64,000 nt of DNA from Vairimorpha necatrix (lineage: Eukaryota). The notes beneath the pieces are model-generated. The model did not search any database and was not told the DNA's origin. It saw only the letters and a list, made by a program, of their open reading frames with translations. Numbering within the stretch: position 1 is the stretch's first letter; each line of letters opens with the position of its first letter. Shown here in pieces: positions 1 through 13,804 of the stretch. Location of the stretch: NCBI GenBank assembly GCA_036630325.1, contig CP142736.1, forward strand, positions 496,001 to 560,000. The letters are read 5' to 3'. The position numbers and the translations under genes are program-made.

Positions 1-1014
1 CGAGAATCGTTATCAATCCCCATTTTGAGTGAGATTTAAAGCAAATAATTGTTTTGATTATATTTATAAAACGGCAACAACAAAAAAACGAAAGAAAAAC
101 ATTAATAATTGCATTTAGTACAGTCTAAAGATTGGGTTGTTGTATGAAATTTTAAAATAATTAATATTTGTTTGGGTTATTAATTTTTATGTTTTTTCTA
201 AACTTTTTTGTGAACCAAAATAATAAAGCTGTCTTACTCTGTATTTGTCTTTATATAGATACATTCCTACATGTTCTTTTCAATCCTCGTAATTTGTTTT
301 TTTGCTACGTTAAATTTTCGAGAATTTGATAAAAGTGTTGTTTACATAAACATATGTTTCAATAGTACTTATAATTCAATTCACAACAAATATAAATCTT
401 TTATTTTATATAAAGTATGAGCATGAGTTTGCGTTTAAAACTATTTTTTCACACAATACTATCCATCTGATGAATAATGTATTTAACAATGTCACTTTTA
501 TTGGTTAAATATTTTGCAGAGTTTTCACCATGTAACAACCTGAGTGGACCATTCTATTATTTCTTGCTGATTGCTACTTTTAAAAAAATTTCATGGAATA
601 ATCAACATTAATAATATGTCAATCATCCTATATAAAAGAAAAATATTAAGAGGTTCTTTTGGTTAAAATTTGTTATTGATGAGTATATATTCTATATTAT
701 TAAGAGTAATTTAGGATTAAAGTATTTTTAATCAAAATAAAATACAATCTTAAACGAATAAAATGGAATCGATAAATATTTTATTCTTTCTTAATAGCAA
801 TAGATTAAAGGTAATTATTTTTTATTATATGTTTACATATGGTCTAAATTACCGAATATGGCTTAATTATTGTGTTTTGCACATTTAAAATAAAAAGTAT
901 TGCCCTGACATTTTTATCATTATTTACAATTGGGTTAGATTTAAGGCTTTAATCTAACATAAAATTAGCCCCCATATGAATTTTGCATTTTTTATGTGTT
1001 CATTGTATTTATTG

Positions 1015-4000
1015 TGAGTCTCCAAATATGGCTTTTTCATTCAAGAGGGGTCAATTTATTTTATTATTAATAATCAACATCCCTCCTTCTTTCGAATCAG
1101 CTCCTCGTCCACTAGTCTTTTTAATTGCAAAGCATGTCTTTTGAAAGACTTAGTACCAATTCTAATCAAATGAGAATTTCCTCTCAAATTACTGGAGATA
1201 AATCTTTTTACCCAATATCTCTGTTTGCTCTTTGTCATGTTTTCGTTCTTTATTAAAACCGTATCCTCAACAGTAAAGACCTCTTCCTTTGACAATTAAA
1301 TTGGTAGCCTTTGAATATTGTAATATATAATTAAATTGTGTTGTTTTAACCAATTCTTCAAATTTTTATTTATGCTTCGTTTGGTGTGCATCCAGATCCT
1401 ACGTGATAAGAGTTATTATACATTAAAATAGGCTTCATATTTTTGTTTTAAAACTTTTCATCATCGTTTATATTGATCATCTCTTGTAGGTTTCTAAAAA
1501 CCTTTCCACTCTCCCGTTCGATTGATGATGTAATGGAAGCGTGTAATGTAAAAAATATTATTTGTATTTGCAACATTTTTAACACTGTTGCTTAAATTTT
1601 CTTTTGAGCTTTCTAGAACAAGCGTTTTTATAGACACATTTTATTTCTGTCCTTTATAAATAGGGTTAATTTTTGGCCAGACCAATCGTTAATACTTCTA
1701 GCAAATCCTTTTCTAGTATAACGATCTAATCCTGTTATTATATAATTTTTGTTTAAAGGGCCTATAATGTCTATTCCCACTTTTTCGCCTGTTAAATAAG
1801 CTGTCACGAATATAAATTTTTTGTTTTTTTTTCGGATTTTACATCCTACATACAGTACAGCCATCTATCGCCTTTTGGTTAGTGTTTTAATATCAGGCCA
1901 ATTATATTTTTTTATAATATATAAATAATTGTTTTTGGACCTCTATGTAGCATTTCTTTATGCTTTTCGAATATATAAATAATTTTTCTTGTTTTGATGG
2001 GGTTCCTTTTTCGTCACTTCGTTAAAGCTATATTCTTTTTCTTCAAAGCTCCTACTAATGGCGTATATATGACATTTCTTCACCTTTTTTATAAATCCCC
2101 CTAAAAACAAAGTTACTAAGTCGATTCTCAAAGATTTAACTTCTCCTAGTTGAAGGGCTTCCAATGCCTTATGATCTGTAATATCCGTAAGTTCCTTTCC
2201 ATAAAAATCGTACTTATAATGTTTCATTCCCCATAGCATAGCTAGGCATTCTTTTACTTATAAAATAATTTTTCTGGAGGATTTAGACTTCTTGAAGCAA
2301 TGCGATTAAAACTTAACTCCCTCGTCGATATGGGACAATATAGCACCTAGGCCCGTGTTAAAACCGTCTGTTTTCAAAAAAAATTAAGGTTGTAACCCGG
2401 CTGGCGTAGCTCTATTTGTTTACTTAATAATTCTTTTAACTTTTTTTAGCTGTCACGGTGTTTTTCTGTCCTATGTATTCTACTTTTTGCTTTATTAGAT
2501 TGTATGTTTTCTCACATAACATTGCGCCTTTTCGAATAAATTTTCTATTGTAATTTGTCATTCCTAAAAATACAAGAACGAATTCTTGTTTTCTGGTTTT
2601 TAATTTATTTATTGCTTCTATTCTCAATTTTTCTACCGATATTTCATTTTTTTCAATAATGTATCCATAAATTTTTATTCGATTGGCTTTTAAAATAGTT
2701 TTCTTTTCGTTAATATTAAGATATTCTACTTTAATATTTTTATTATTCTGCATAAGTTTCTACGTGTTCTTCACTTGTTTCTCCAAAAATTAAGATGTCA
2801 TCTACGTATATTATGCACGCCTTTCTTTTTCATCTTTTAGAACATAATCCTTAATTCGCTGAAATATGGCAGGGGATATTCAAATCCTATCGGAATTACT
2901 TTCAATTTATACAAGAAATGCTTAAATCGAAAAGCAGTTTTATGTTGGTCCTTTACCGCTAGTGGAATGTTAAAGAAACCATCTTTCCAATTTAATTTTG
3001 TGAAAAAATCTTTACCTTTCAGATGAAATACCAAATGTTCTATTTTAGATAGGCTATATTTGTCTAATTCTACCAATTTGTTTAGTGCGTTTAAATTAAG
3101 TGTTATTCTTATACTATTATCAGGTTTTACTAATGGCCGAATGTTATTCAGTCATGTAGACTTCGATGGGTCTATATAATTCATTTTTATCATTTTTCTT
3201 ATAGTGAACTTTCATTCTGGATTTTTTTTTCTTGAGGAAGCTATATACTTTCTCTACAACCATGACGTTTTTTTAGTATTTATTTTACATTATACTGATC
3301 TTTTGAAGTTATCATTAATTTAATTCCTTCTTTTCCAATCAAAACTTTTTATTTAGATACTTTTGGTAAAATATAAGACTTTAACTGATATTTTGCGCTT
3401 TTGTTAATAACGTCACATTATCATGAAACTTAATCTTAAAGGTATCCCCAAGAAAAGTTTTGAACTTCAATTAGCATAGTTTTTTCTTCTTCTTTCTCCA
3501 GCTTTTAATCTAACTGAGTCAGAAATAGAATTGTAGTTAGATCCTGTATCAAAAACAACCTCAGATTTTTGTTTTTCAATGTATAATAAATTATCTTTAT
3601 TATAATCTACTCTAAGTCTTCTAAGACTTTGTGCTTTTACAGCAGTTTTTGTTTTTGTATTTAGGATTTGCCCCCGAATTCTAACCTCTTTAGAACAAAT
3701 AACGGTCAACTTTCTTATTTCCTTTTTATTTTTTCCCAAAAAAATTCTTATCTTATCGTTCAGTATTTTTTCAATTTTTTTCATTATTAAAACTTGCTTA
3801 GGGTCGATATCATTTAAAAAACAACAGCTCGTTATGTAGGTCTTCAAATGCGAAAATTCTCTTCTTATTCCAAGCATAATAACTTTCAAAGTTTCTTTAG
3901 AGTCCATTTTTATACTTTCGACTTTATGTTTGCTTTTTCGATGAATTCCTTTGCGTTCTGATCCTTTTTTGGAAAAGACGATAAACATCTACTATTTCAA

Positions 4001-4310
4001 TTTCTTCTTCCTTAAATTCGTTTAATAATGCTCCTTTTCACTTATCATATGTTAGAGAGGAACTTTTTGTCTGTTCCGTAAATGTAGATCGCCATTCAAT
4101 AATCTCGTAACTGGCTTTACACAGAACATATTCAATTTTATCCAATGACTCTAGTCTTTTTTTGAACCATCAAGATATTTCGTACATCAAAAGTTCTTGT
4201 AAAAGAACTTTTATGTCGATACTGGGTTGTCCACAATTCTCCACCATGCTGTTCAAATATGGATTTTTCATTGAATAGAGGGTTATATTTTTTATTATTT
4301 ATAATCAACA
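1015..4310 (-). mobile_element. Degenerate Ty3/Gypsy LTR retrotransposon with ~64-bp LTRs
   Basis: Broken gag, PR (VFDTGS, 3467-3988), RT (2837-3076), RNase H (ITDHKAL, 1958-2239) and IN (DIIGP, 1628-1864). Diverged direct repeats at ~1015-1079 and 4247-4310. Polypurine tract (PPT) GGAGGGA next to 1079. PBS TGGTGGAGAAT at 4236-4246. Flanks ATTG(T) on both sides. Confidence 0.9.
4236..4246 (-). promoter_or_regulatory. Primer-binding site, tRNA-Ala type (TGGTGGAGAAT)
   Basis: Lies immediately after the 5' LTR. Complementary to the ...UUCUCCACCA 3' end typical of eukaryotic tRNA-Ala. Confidence 0.7.
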
Positions 4311-6349
4311 ATTGTTATTGTAAAATATTCTTCATTAAACTCTACAACAATATAACCATGAATGTTTTATTTTGAGGAAAAAATTATTTGCAAGAAAAAT
4401 ATGAAAGTAAAATGGTTTGCCGAGTTTTTTTTTGAACACGATTCCGATGCATCTAATTTTTTAATAATAATAATTCTTTTGATTATGCTAAATACTTTGT
4501 TTTAATATTTGTTTTTTTACGTACATAAGTTTTACTTGAAAAGTAATGGACTATTTATATTTGTATATACTTTCTGTTTATGCATTTTGACCAAAGAACA
4601 ATAATAAAAAATTTAACTTTAGTTTATTAAAGGGCAATTCATTACAACTTCAATAATTATGAATAAACACTTTTTTCAAAATAACTAAAAACTATCTGAA
4701 GGTGTGAAATATCATTTTTCATATTAGTATAAAATCTTTAATAGCTTTTATAAATTTGATGTGTCATGGGGAAAATGTTTAATTGTAAATGCTAAAAATA
4801 CATATTTCATCTAAAAAAAATTTAATTGGGACTTTTATTCAGTAAATTTTATTGTTTTTTATTATAAACAATGTCTTTAATAAAATTCATCGGATTCATT
4901 TAACTTCTTAATACATACTTTTATATAAATTATACTATAACCAGAAATAGTATTTAGAACAAAGTATTCAAATTAGAGTAAAAACTAAACTAAAAATTCC
5001 CTGATAGCATGGCAATTGCTGAGCAAAGTGTGATAACACACTCTGCACATATAACTCAAAATATTTTTACGTTTGATTGTACATTGTTCCAATTCTTGGA
5101 ATGTATTTTAGAAGATAGGTTTGAATGTTAAAACATATCACATTAAATTTATTCGTCGGCGTTTATTATGTTTTTTGCTATTCTTTTAACGATTCTTTAG
5201 ATCGTTATAGACAAGATGGTTTTTTGCGATACCTATTTTTTAAGATTTAACAGTCTTTTATCTTTTGAAAAACTAGTTTTTATTCACTTTATCTTAATGT
5301 TTTTCAGGAAAACATTTAATTAATGTATAATAAAACTAGATTTGTTTTGTTAACATATGCCTATAGCATTTTTTGTTAAATTCTGTTTTTTTATCAATTT
5401 TGGTCAATATTAACAGGATTATCTAGCTACGTTCTAAAAATCACTATTCTGTTAGTTTTACTATTTCTTATATATAAATTAATTACATATATCTTTTGTA
5501 ATCTTTTATTAGCTTACTTTTCGATTTGGCCATAATTATTCTCCTTAAATTTTTCGAAAAACGTTTCTATTTTAAAAATTATAAGCATTTCAACGGTTCT
5601 AATCAAGTCTCGAATATTTGATTATAATTTTAATTTACCACTGAGTTTATCGTGCTTAACTATAAAACTACTGATTTTTTCTCTATACTTGTTTTTTAGT
5701 ATTTTGAACATGAATGAATATAACATGCATAGGATTTTATATCTTGTGCTATACTTTTTAAATTCAAATTTAAATATGCTTTGCGCAGAAGTTTATTAGA
5801 CACTTGTTTGTTGTTTGCAGATAATTCATAACTTTGCTATAATTTTTTCATTGTTATCTCTGTATTTTATTCTAAATTCATTTCAATAAGGAATTGTTTT
5901 AAGTCGAGGAAATACAGTCAAAATATATTCCGTATTAAATGACTGCAGTTTTTTTTTATTTTTAAATTTCTTTAGAATACAAGGATAAAACTATCATAAA
6001 TAATATAAGAAATGAAAATACGATTTTTGTGCTCATGTTCATATTCTGTGTACAGATTTTCTAAAAAGCTCAAATAGTATATTCGTCTATTATTTCCAAT
6101 CTAGTAACTAAAATAAACTTAGGTCATGAATTCTCTTTAATGTTCATAATACTCTAAAAGAAATTTTTAATCTATAATTCTTGAGAATATGAACATTTAT
6201 AGCTCATATATCTTTTTGTCCATAATTATACTTGACTTTTTTCTTAGAGGTTGGTCGTTAAAAAACTGAATTGTTGGCATAAATTTTTTTTTTGATTAAA
6301 TTTCGAATAGCTTAATTATATGTCTGATAAAGCCTCAAATGATTGTATT

Positions 6350-6666
6350 TGACGAAAGCCAGAGGAGCTACCTCTGAGCAAATACAATTCTATGGTATTA
6401 ATATTTTTATTATTGTTATAGCTTGTTGGGCCATGAGACGGGGCATTAAGTCTTCCCTAGCTTGATTGCTCTTCCTTGCCATTGGGCTACAAGGGTAATG
6501 GTAATTAAGACTGTTGTTGGTGTGTGTCATCCTCCGAATTGTGGGGGCGAGAAATAAAATATAATAAATATTTTATTTTTCGAATAGACCGATCGAATGG
6601 TCTATTTCCAAAAATAGAAATTAAGAAGAAATAAAAAAGACCATTTGTGGTAGTTATAATACCACA
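6350..6666 (-). repeat. Solo LTR (317 bp) of the U3-hairpin Gypsy clade
   Basis: TG...CA ends. TSD GTATT at 6345-6349 and 6667-6671. Tip hairpin TGTGGTA-ttataac-TACCACA. Encodes TIELYLLRG near the U5 end. Confidence 0.85.
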
Positions 6667-7328
6667 GTATTCAAAAGGATTAACATGTGTTACTAATTAT
6701 ATAAATCAACAGAAAAAAATTATAGAACATTTTCACATCCAACGAACGTTTCTAATGGGCCAATGAAAAAAAAATTAGATTATTATGTTTATGGTAACAT
6801 AGGAGAAATTGGAGTGTTATACGTCATACCTTTAAAAATATTAGTTAGAAAATACGCAACACTTCACATATTTTAATTTCTGGTGTGATCGCAGGGCTTG
6901 TCGATATAGTTTAATATCACAAATAAGCAATTTTAAATTAGATGCATAGACATGAATGAAAAAAAACGTATATTTTTGCTTTTTTTTCTTTGCCAGTTGT
7001 GTCAAAATTTACACCAATAAATAATAAATCACAGAATCGCAATACTTCACACCCGAGCATTTTTAGGGAACAATATATAGACCAAATTCTCATGTAAGAA
7101 CTAGTAACTGCCTTAGTTTTGTTTTTGGCTGCTATAAAATAAGTTCTTCGAGCATAGATTACAAAAATCGGGGTTCTATAATACGGCCAAATTGTAATTT
7201 ATAAAACATTGTTTGACTTATTTTTTTAGAAGAATATTAAAATGTACGTATATATTTACCTCTCTCATATGACGTCTTATGTCTGGACGATTTATTTCAA
7301 AAAATTATATTGTTTCTGTAATTTTGTC

Positions 7329-10140
7329 GGCGCTACTTCATTTCCTTGCCCAGCCTCCCCCCCAAAAAAAAAAAACATCAATAAAATGTTCAAAACCTTG
7401 TTATTTTACAAATCTAAACATTTTTGGCAGAAGGGAAGAAAATAAAGTAAAGGTTTTTTTGTCGATTTGATAATTTATAATTAACCTCTCAATGTTGAAT
7501 CTAAAGGAGGAAATTCTACAAATGAAAATCTGCGAAGATTTGTGCTTTAGGAGCAACAAAGCGGCAATTTATTTTTTTAGTCAGGGGTCTTCTCAAACGA
7601 ACGATTTAATGCAGACATTGTTCGACATCAGAACGAAAAGTTTTTATTCACATATGTCGATATTCAGACTACATGGTTTGCAAAGATTATCGTTGCGATA
7701 ATAAAAAGTGTAGTTCAAATAGCTACTTAAAAATATTACTATGTTTTAAGAAATGACCGTTGCGTGCAGAAAATCCTCAGAGCATTCTATTGCTGTGCAT
7801 TTAATTACGATTTTCGCCAAAAATTAAATTTTGCTCAATTTTTCATAAAAAATACAAAAAAAAATTAATTGGTATTAAGAAAAAAAAATAAAAGATTTGA
7901 AAAGCTTTTTAATAATTTTGATTAAAAATTCATTTGTATTTAAAAACATTTAAAAGAAAAATAAGGTTTTTGAATTTACTTATTCGCATTTGAAATTCAC
8001 GTGTTGCAACAAAGCATTCATGTACTCTTCACAAGAATAATGTTTTTAATTTTTAACGATTATTAAAATTTTATCTTTTGTTTTACTGTTTGTTAGCTTC
8101 AAATAATCCATTTTTATAACGTTTAAGACTATATATATCCATTTCTTCACAATCAATATTCTTAAAATAAAACATGTGAATTTTGCATTTTCGTACTTTC
8201 ATCCTCTTGTTGATGGTTCTATCCCAGCTTTCTGCGTTGTTAAAAGTCCAAGGAATTTCATTTTTTACCCTATCAAATACATTCAAAAATTTATGTTGGC
8301 GACAGTTTTCGCCTCATTATCTTCTCTTGTTACATTAAAAACTAAGTAATTATTGTTAAAGTAATGCTGAATGTGAGCTGTTGTTGTAGTTGAATTATCT
8401 TGTATAAATTTCTTAATATAATCATTAATCCTGGAACATCTCGTCTTGACACAAAAGCAAATCTAAGAATCTTTTGATTACTAAATTATAGTTGGAATCA
8501 TTTTTAAACTTGTCTATGGCCCCCATTGCACCGACTCTTTTATAGGCTTCCTACGCAAGATTAAACAAGCATCCATTACATTTGATTCAAGGAAAGATCT
8601 TTGTAATGCATTGACTAATCATCTCTCATAGTCAGTTACAAAGTTCTTAACATTCATAGTAACTAATTCCTTATATTTGTCGGAGGTTCTCGAAAATGAC
8701 CTTTCACTTTTTCCCTCGAGTAAAATATAAATGTATAAAAAATTTTGCCGACTATATGTCCATGAAAGACGACAATTTGGTAAAATCTTGAGGAAAAAAT
8801 GAACGTTCCATCGACAATGAACGTATCTATTTTTTCAATCATACTTTTTTGAAATCTGAAAAAATACTATAAATCTATCATTATCCTGCATACCACTATC
8901 AAACCTAAGAAACCGATTTTTTGTATCTACTTGCAAGACTTCGGGCATATTCACGACGTAAACAGTTACAAATCTGGTCTTGAACTTCTTGTTCGTTTGA
9001 TTGTATCCCTTAAATATTCTATGGAAGTCATTTAGTAAATATCTAAGCTGTTGACAATGCTTGAAGTTGTTTTTTATAATTTCTAGGGCGTTTTCAACGC
9101 TTGTAACAACTTGTTCTTTTTTAATAGTTCTTTTAAACATGCATTTCTCAGGTACTGATTCATGTGAATGAATAACTTTTATAACAAATTCGGTTTGTTC
9201 GTTCATTGTAATATCACCTTTACAAATCCTATTACTACACCCTAATCGTCTGGTGCCACCCTTATTATAGTCTAAAGTGCAATTATGATCTTCATAGATA
9301 AGATTTTGATCTCCACGTTGACCTTAAACATTTTCAAATGTCGTTCATTTTTTTAAGGGTAGATTTTTGGCGAATTTACGGGTACCGATAATAGTACTAT
9401 TTTTAAAGGAATGGGCGTTACAGTTTACAAAATTCTCAAAGCATTCATTTGCTGAGCATTTAATTTTACCACTTAACAAGCGATAGATCTATGCAAAATA
9501 TGTGAAAATTCATACATTGAATTCAGGTTACGTTGATGAAAGTCTCGCTTCTAAAAGTGTTGCTAAGTTTTAAATCGGAGGACCTTCTGTTGTAGCAATT
9601 TGATAAAACTACCATATGCAAAGGGGTCATTGTATCTCATCCTTCTCCGACTTTGTATTCTATGCCTGAATTTCATTATCCTATAAGCGGCAATGTATAT
9701 AATTTATTCTTAAATTACTTTAATTGACATTCAGATACTATTGTAGATTTTTTAGACATTAAGTGAACCCTGCTTCATAAGTATTCGTGATGGTTACCCT
9801 TCGTATCCTTCTGCCTCTAGAATTTCGGGAGCGATTATTTTATTGAAAATCACATTTTTGGCTTTATAAACCCGAATGAAGACCACACAAATCATTTAGA
9901 AATTTTACTGTCCCATTTAAAGAACGAATATAGATCGAGAAGAGGGCTTAATGGACATAAAATTACTTTATTCGTAATAGAGTTTTAATGGAAAAAAGGA
10001 GTATCAATCATTCAAATAATGACGATCATAGGCTATCTTTTACAAAAATTTAAGTATTTTGTAGGTTAGATTGAATAATTAATTTCATGTGAATGAAAAA
10101 AAATTTAAATGGGGGATGGCTTTAAATAAAGTAGGGGCAT
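7329..10140 (+). mobile_element. Degenerate Merlin transposon split by a Mutator-like remnant
   Basis: Terminal inverted repeat (TIR) GGCGCTACTTCATTT as in 59611-60832. ORF 7492-7701 is homologous to 60314-60622. A DGYPSYP-type remnant resumes after ~9420. Right end approximate. Confidence 0.75.
8083..9350 (-). pseudogene. Mutator-like (MULE) transposase remnant
   Basis: Fragments DRFIVF (8835-9206), FIVDGTF (~8800-8825) and FNNAESW (8083-8286) parallel the MULE at 52400-53717. Confidence 0.7.
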
Positions 10141-11583
10141 GGATTTTTTTGTGAAAGAAATTTTTAATAATTTAATTTTCTCTATAAATTTGACCAAACA
10201 GTAGCTCAGGTTTGCTTTATATACAGAGAAGAGTGATTAAATTCTAATATTTGCAGAATTTTTTTTTGTGTTTTTTAGCCGGAAGTAAGTATTTTTGAAT
10301 GACCAATTCTAAAACTTATATATGTTTTTTTTTGTTAAAGGCCGCCTTATATTCGGTACATGATGCATCTAAAGTGAATGTTAGGAATAGTAGACATAAG
10401 GGGTATTTGATAAAATTATTGTATTTTATAGCTATCAAACATCTCACCCGAAAGTACGTCTACTATTTTGGGTCTTTTATGTAACTTGGCTTTAAAATGT
10501 TTCTTTGACTCGTGCCCCTTGTGTTTACAAAAATGCAAATTTTCTTACTTTTTTTAAAGTTATTCCTTCTTAAATTGCTAGTATATGTTTTGGAAGTGTG
10601 TGCTGAAAATTTCTCCATATCCGTGTGTAGTCTCAACATCATGTGGACTTCCACTTTTTTCAAAGCCAACAGTAAAACTTTAATATTTTATGACCATTTA
10701 ATCCGAGGTTCTAAGTCGTTTTAACTCTTTCCTAGTTTTTTATATATTCAGTTACAGTTTCAGTGTTTTCCCTTGTGTTTGCACATACTTTTATTACGCT
10801 ATCAGCTATGATACTTTGCTCTTTCGCTTATTTTATAATGCCCTTCCCAAAAGTAAAACCTTCTTGTAATCATACTCTCCCAGCTTGATACTTGCAATCC
10901 TAATTATATTATTAAATTTATCTATGCCTCTTAGTCAAACTGCAGATTGAAGTGTCTAATTTCCATATAAGGTTGAATTGCGGATGGGCGGTTTGTTGAA
11001 TAGTTTCTGCTTGCATTAAATGGTACATAAATAGATATGTGCGTCTGTTTGATATCATATAAAGCGATCATATAGTGGGCGCTGATTATAACAGAAAATT
11101 CTTCTTTTTGATAATTTTACGTTTACTAAACAGATGTCGTATTCTAGCATAGTATGTGTCTTTTTTTTTTGTGCTTATAATTTAGCTAAGCCTGTCCTAG
11201 CATTATATTTCGTTAAATAAACACTTTTCCACCTATTTTTTATTTTTTACGAGAGATTTATTTAAATTCTTTACCGCATTTTGAATTTTTCATATTCAAT
11301 TCCTTTAATGTTTTATTAATGGGTAATCTCATGCTTTTTCCGAATACAAACTATCGCTCTATTGAAAAGTTAATTTATTTTATTTTCTATGTCATGAATA
11401 ATTACTTTTGACGTTCGTTATGTTTATTATATATTTTTTTTAATGCCTGCCGAATTTTTATATGTAATCTTTCTTTCATACCATTTCACTAATGCTTGTC
11501 TGAGATTATTTTGTGGTGTTTTACATACATATAGACATTGTTCTTGTTGATATTTTTATATTTTTATTACCCCAATTTTTAAG

Positions 11584-12474
11584 ATGAGTAAGGAAGTGGA
11601 GGAGAAGAATCTCATAAATAAAATGGTGGAGAATATGAAAACAAAGCCAGTTGAAACTACCATCAAAAAGGAAAATTTGATGAGTGAATGTATAAGGTTA
11701 GGAAATATGACCTTCTTCAGAGAAATGTGCGATGAGAGGAAATTCAAATATTTGATTGGAAGAGCTGAATACTTTATAGTAGATTGGCACCATGAGTTGA
11801 TGGACACTAAAAAAAGGTGTTCGTTGGATTACGAAAAATGGAAAGAGTTGGCTAGAACCGAATTTGATAAGAAAAGGCTTACTATAGGGGAGTTATATCG
11901 CATAGTACAACAAGATGAAGAAACTATACCAACGTTTATAGAAAGAGTTAGAGATTCGGCCAGGGAGTATAAACTTGCAAAAAAGGAAATCATTGATATA
12001 ATTACAGCTGGACTTAAAACAGGAATGGGCGATGTAAAAAGATTTTTATTGGCAAATAGTGATATTACAGATGAAAATCTAGAGACAATCAAGAAATTGG
12101 AAAGTGAGTGTACAGCTGAATTACACCGAATTAATGATTTAAAATTGATGATTGAAAAAATTGATACTCTTAAACTTCAGGGCAAGAAAACAGTAAAATG
12201 TTACAACTGTAATAGCTTAGGCCATTATGCTAGAGTTTGTCGAAAGCCAAAGAGAAGTAATAATCTTAGGAGAAACATTAATGAAATTACTGAAGAAATT
12301 AGAGATTTATTAAATAAAGAAAATTCAGTTTACATTTGTGGAGAGAAGGTTCCAGTATTGTTTGATACAGGTGCAAATTATAATTTTATAAGTAGTGCTA
12401 GTGTAGCAATATTCAACCTTTTAACACATAATAACACAAGGAAATTAAGATTTTGGACATGTTTGGAAGAATAA
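11584..12474 (+). CDS. gag: Gag (CCHC knuckle) plus aspartic protease, truncated by a premature stop
   Basis: CYNCNSLGHYARVC and VLFDTGANY. The ORF starts inside the 5' LTR. Confidence 0.85.
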   Translation: MSKEVEEKNLINKMVENMKTKPVETTIKKENLMSECIRLGNMTFFREMCDERKFKYLIGRAEYFIVDWHHELMDTKKRCSLDYEKWKELARTEFDKKRLTIGELYRIVQQDEETIPTFIERVRDSAREYKLAKKEIIDIITAGLKTGMGDVKRFLLANSDITDENLETIKKLESECTAELHRINDLKLMIEKIDTLKLQGKKTVKCYNCNSLGHYARVCRKPKRSNNLRRNINEITEEIRDLLNKENSVYICGEKVPVLFDTGANYNFISSASVAIFNLLTHNNTRKLRFWTCLEE

Positions 12475-13804
12475 TTTGTGATAAAAAGACATGTTATATT
12501 AAATTATACATATAAAGGACATTTATATAGATCGAAGTTTTATATATTGCCAAAAGTACGAACTGAAAAAATCCTATTTGGTAGAGAAACATTAATTAGA
12601 CTTAATAATATTGAGAAACTGTGTTATACATGTGAAATCAAAACACCTGAAGGCTCAAAATTGATCGAAAAGATATATAATTTACCAAAGAAATTGATAT
12701 AAGAAATTGAAATTGCTATTAATAAATTATTAGAAAAGGGATTGACGTAATTGCCGGGAATTGTGCCAGAGGCAAGAAAGCATTCTAAGATGCTACGGTT
12801 ATTAGAACCGTTGATTCCCAAGGTAGAGTTTTGTTTAGTGTAAATAGTTTTATTTGAGGAGTCGTTGCCCTGTTGTGAAGGATAGGAGAGCGTATTAGAT
12901 TTCTTGTGCATCATATTTATGTTCATAATTTCTTTATTTATAGTTGTTGGTAACCAATAAGAATATATTGTTTCATGATAGACCAATAGACGTCGTGTTT
13001 CAAGATGTGTAAGAAACATCGTTGACGTGTTGTTGTTCTATTGGTTACTTATGATCCATGTGGTAGATATTATACCACATACTGCCACCTTCGACTAGCA
13101 CTTTAGGTTTCGGACGTGCGTCCAAGATTCTTTATTCTTTAGGCGAACCCAATTCCCTTTACTTCCAACTTCTTCTATGCTACGTTTATGTCCATACTTA
13201 CGATTGAGTTTTCCTGCCTTTAGATTTCGCTTATATACTATATCTCCCACTTTAAACTTTGGAGTGTACGATAAATTCTTTGTATTTATTCTAAAGTTTT
13301 GAAGCTTATTTTCGATATCGAAGAAATCCTTTTTGTGCGTTAAGAGATAGGGAGAAGTTCCAATACCTCGATTATAATTGATATTTAATGTGTTCTCTGC
13401 TTCTTTGACGGTGTCGTAACTATTCCTATATTTATTAATAGATATGATAAAAGCAATGGTTTGATTGATTCTCTCTGATATACCATTGGATCTAGGTGTA
13501 TACGTTGGTATAAGAATATGGTTTATATCCATGTCCGTAAGGTAATTGGTGAAGTCGGTTGAGGTTGAGGTGGTCACGAGGGATGAACCCTCGTTGAAAG
13601 TAGGCCTCTAGCAAACTACTTGTAAACGGCTCCTTGGGCCTTGTTTGTTTATTATTTAAAAAATGTTTATTGTTGTTTTTCTGCATCTACTTCTTTCTTT
13701 TTGTTGGGGTCGAAAAATAATATTTTTTTAAAAAAAATATTTAAGAAATTCCATTTTGGGAAAATGGAATTTTACATGTGGTTGTAATACCACATTCTGC
13801 CCCC

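Noticed and set aside
4400-6340. Decayed host gene(s), possibly with Cys-rich motifs (also 1-1000, 10200-11500, 54430-55150, 58160-59150, 63100-64000)
   Set aside because: Coding-like texture, but no sustained reading frame or family I can identify.
11556-12092. Antisense ORFs such as 11556-11807, 11829-12092, 23427-23846, 47032-47322 and 47899-48273
   Set aside because: Shadow frames opposite real TE coding sequence, with no motifs.
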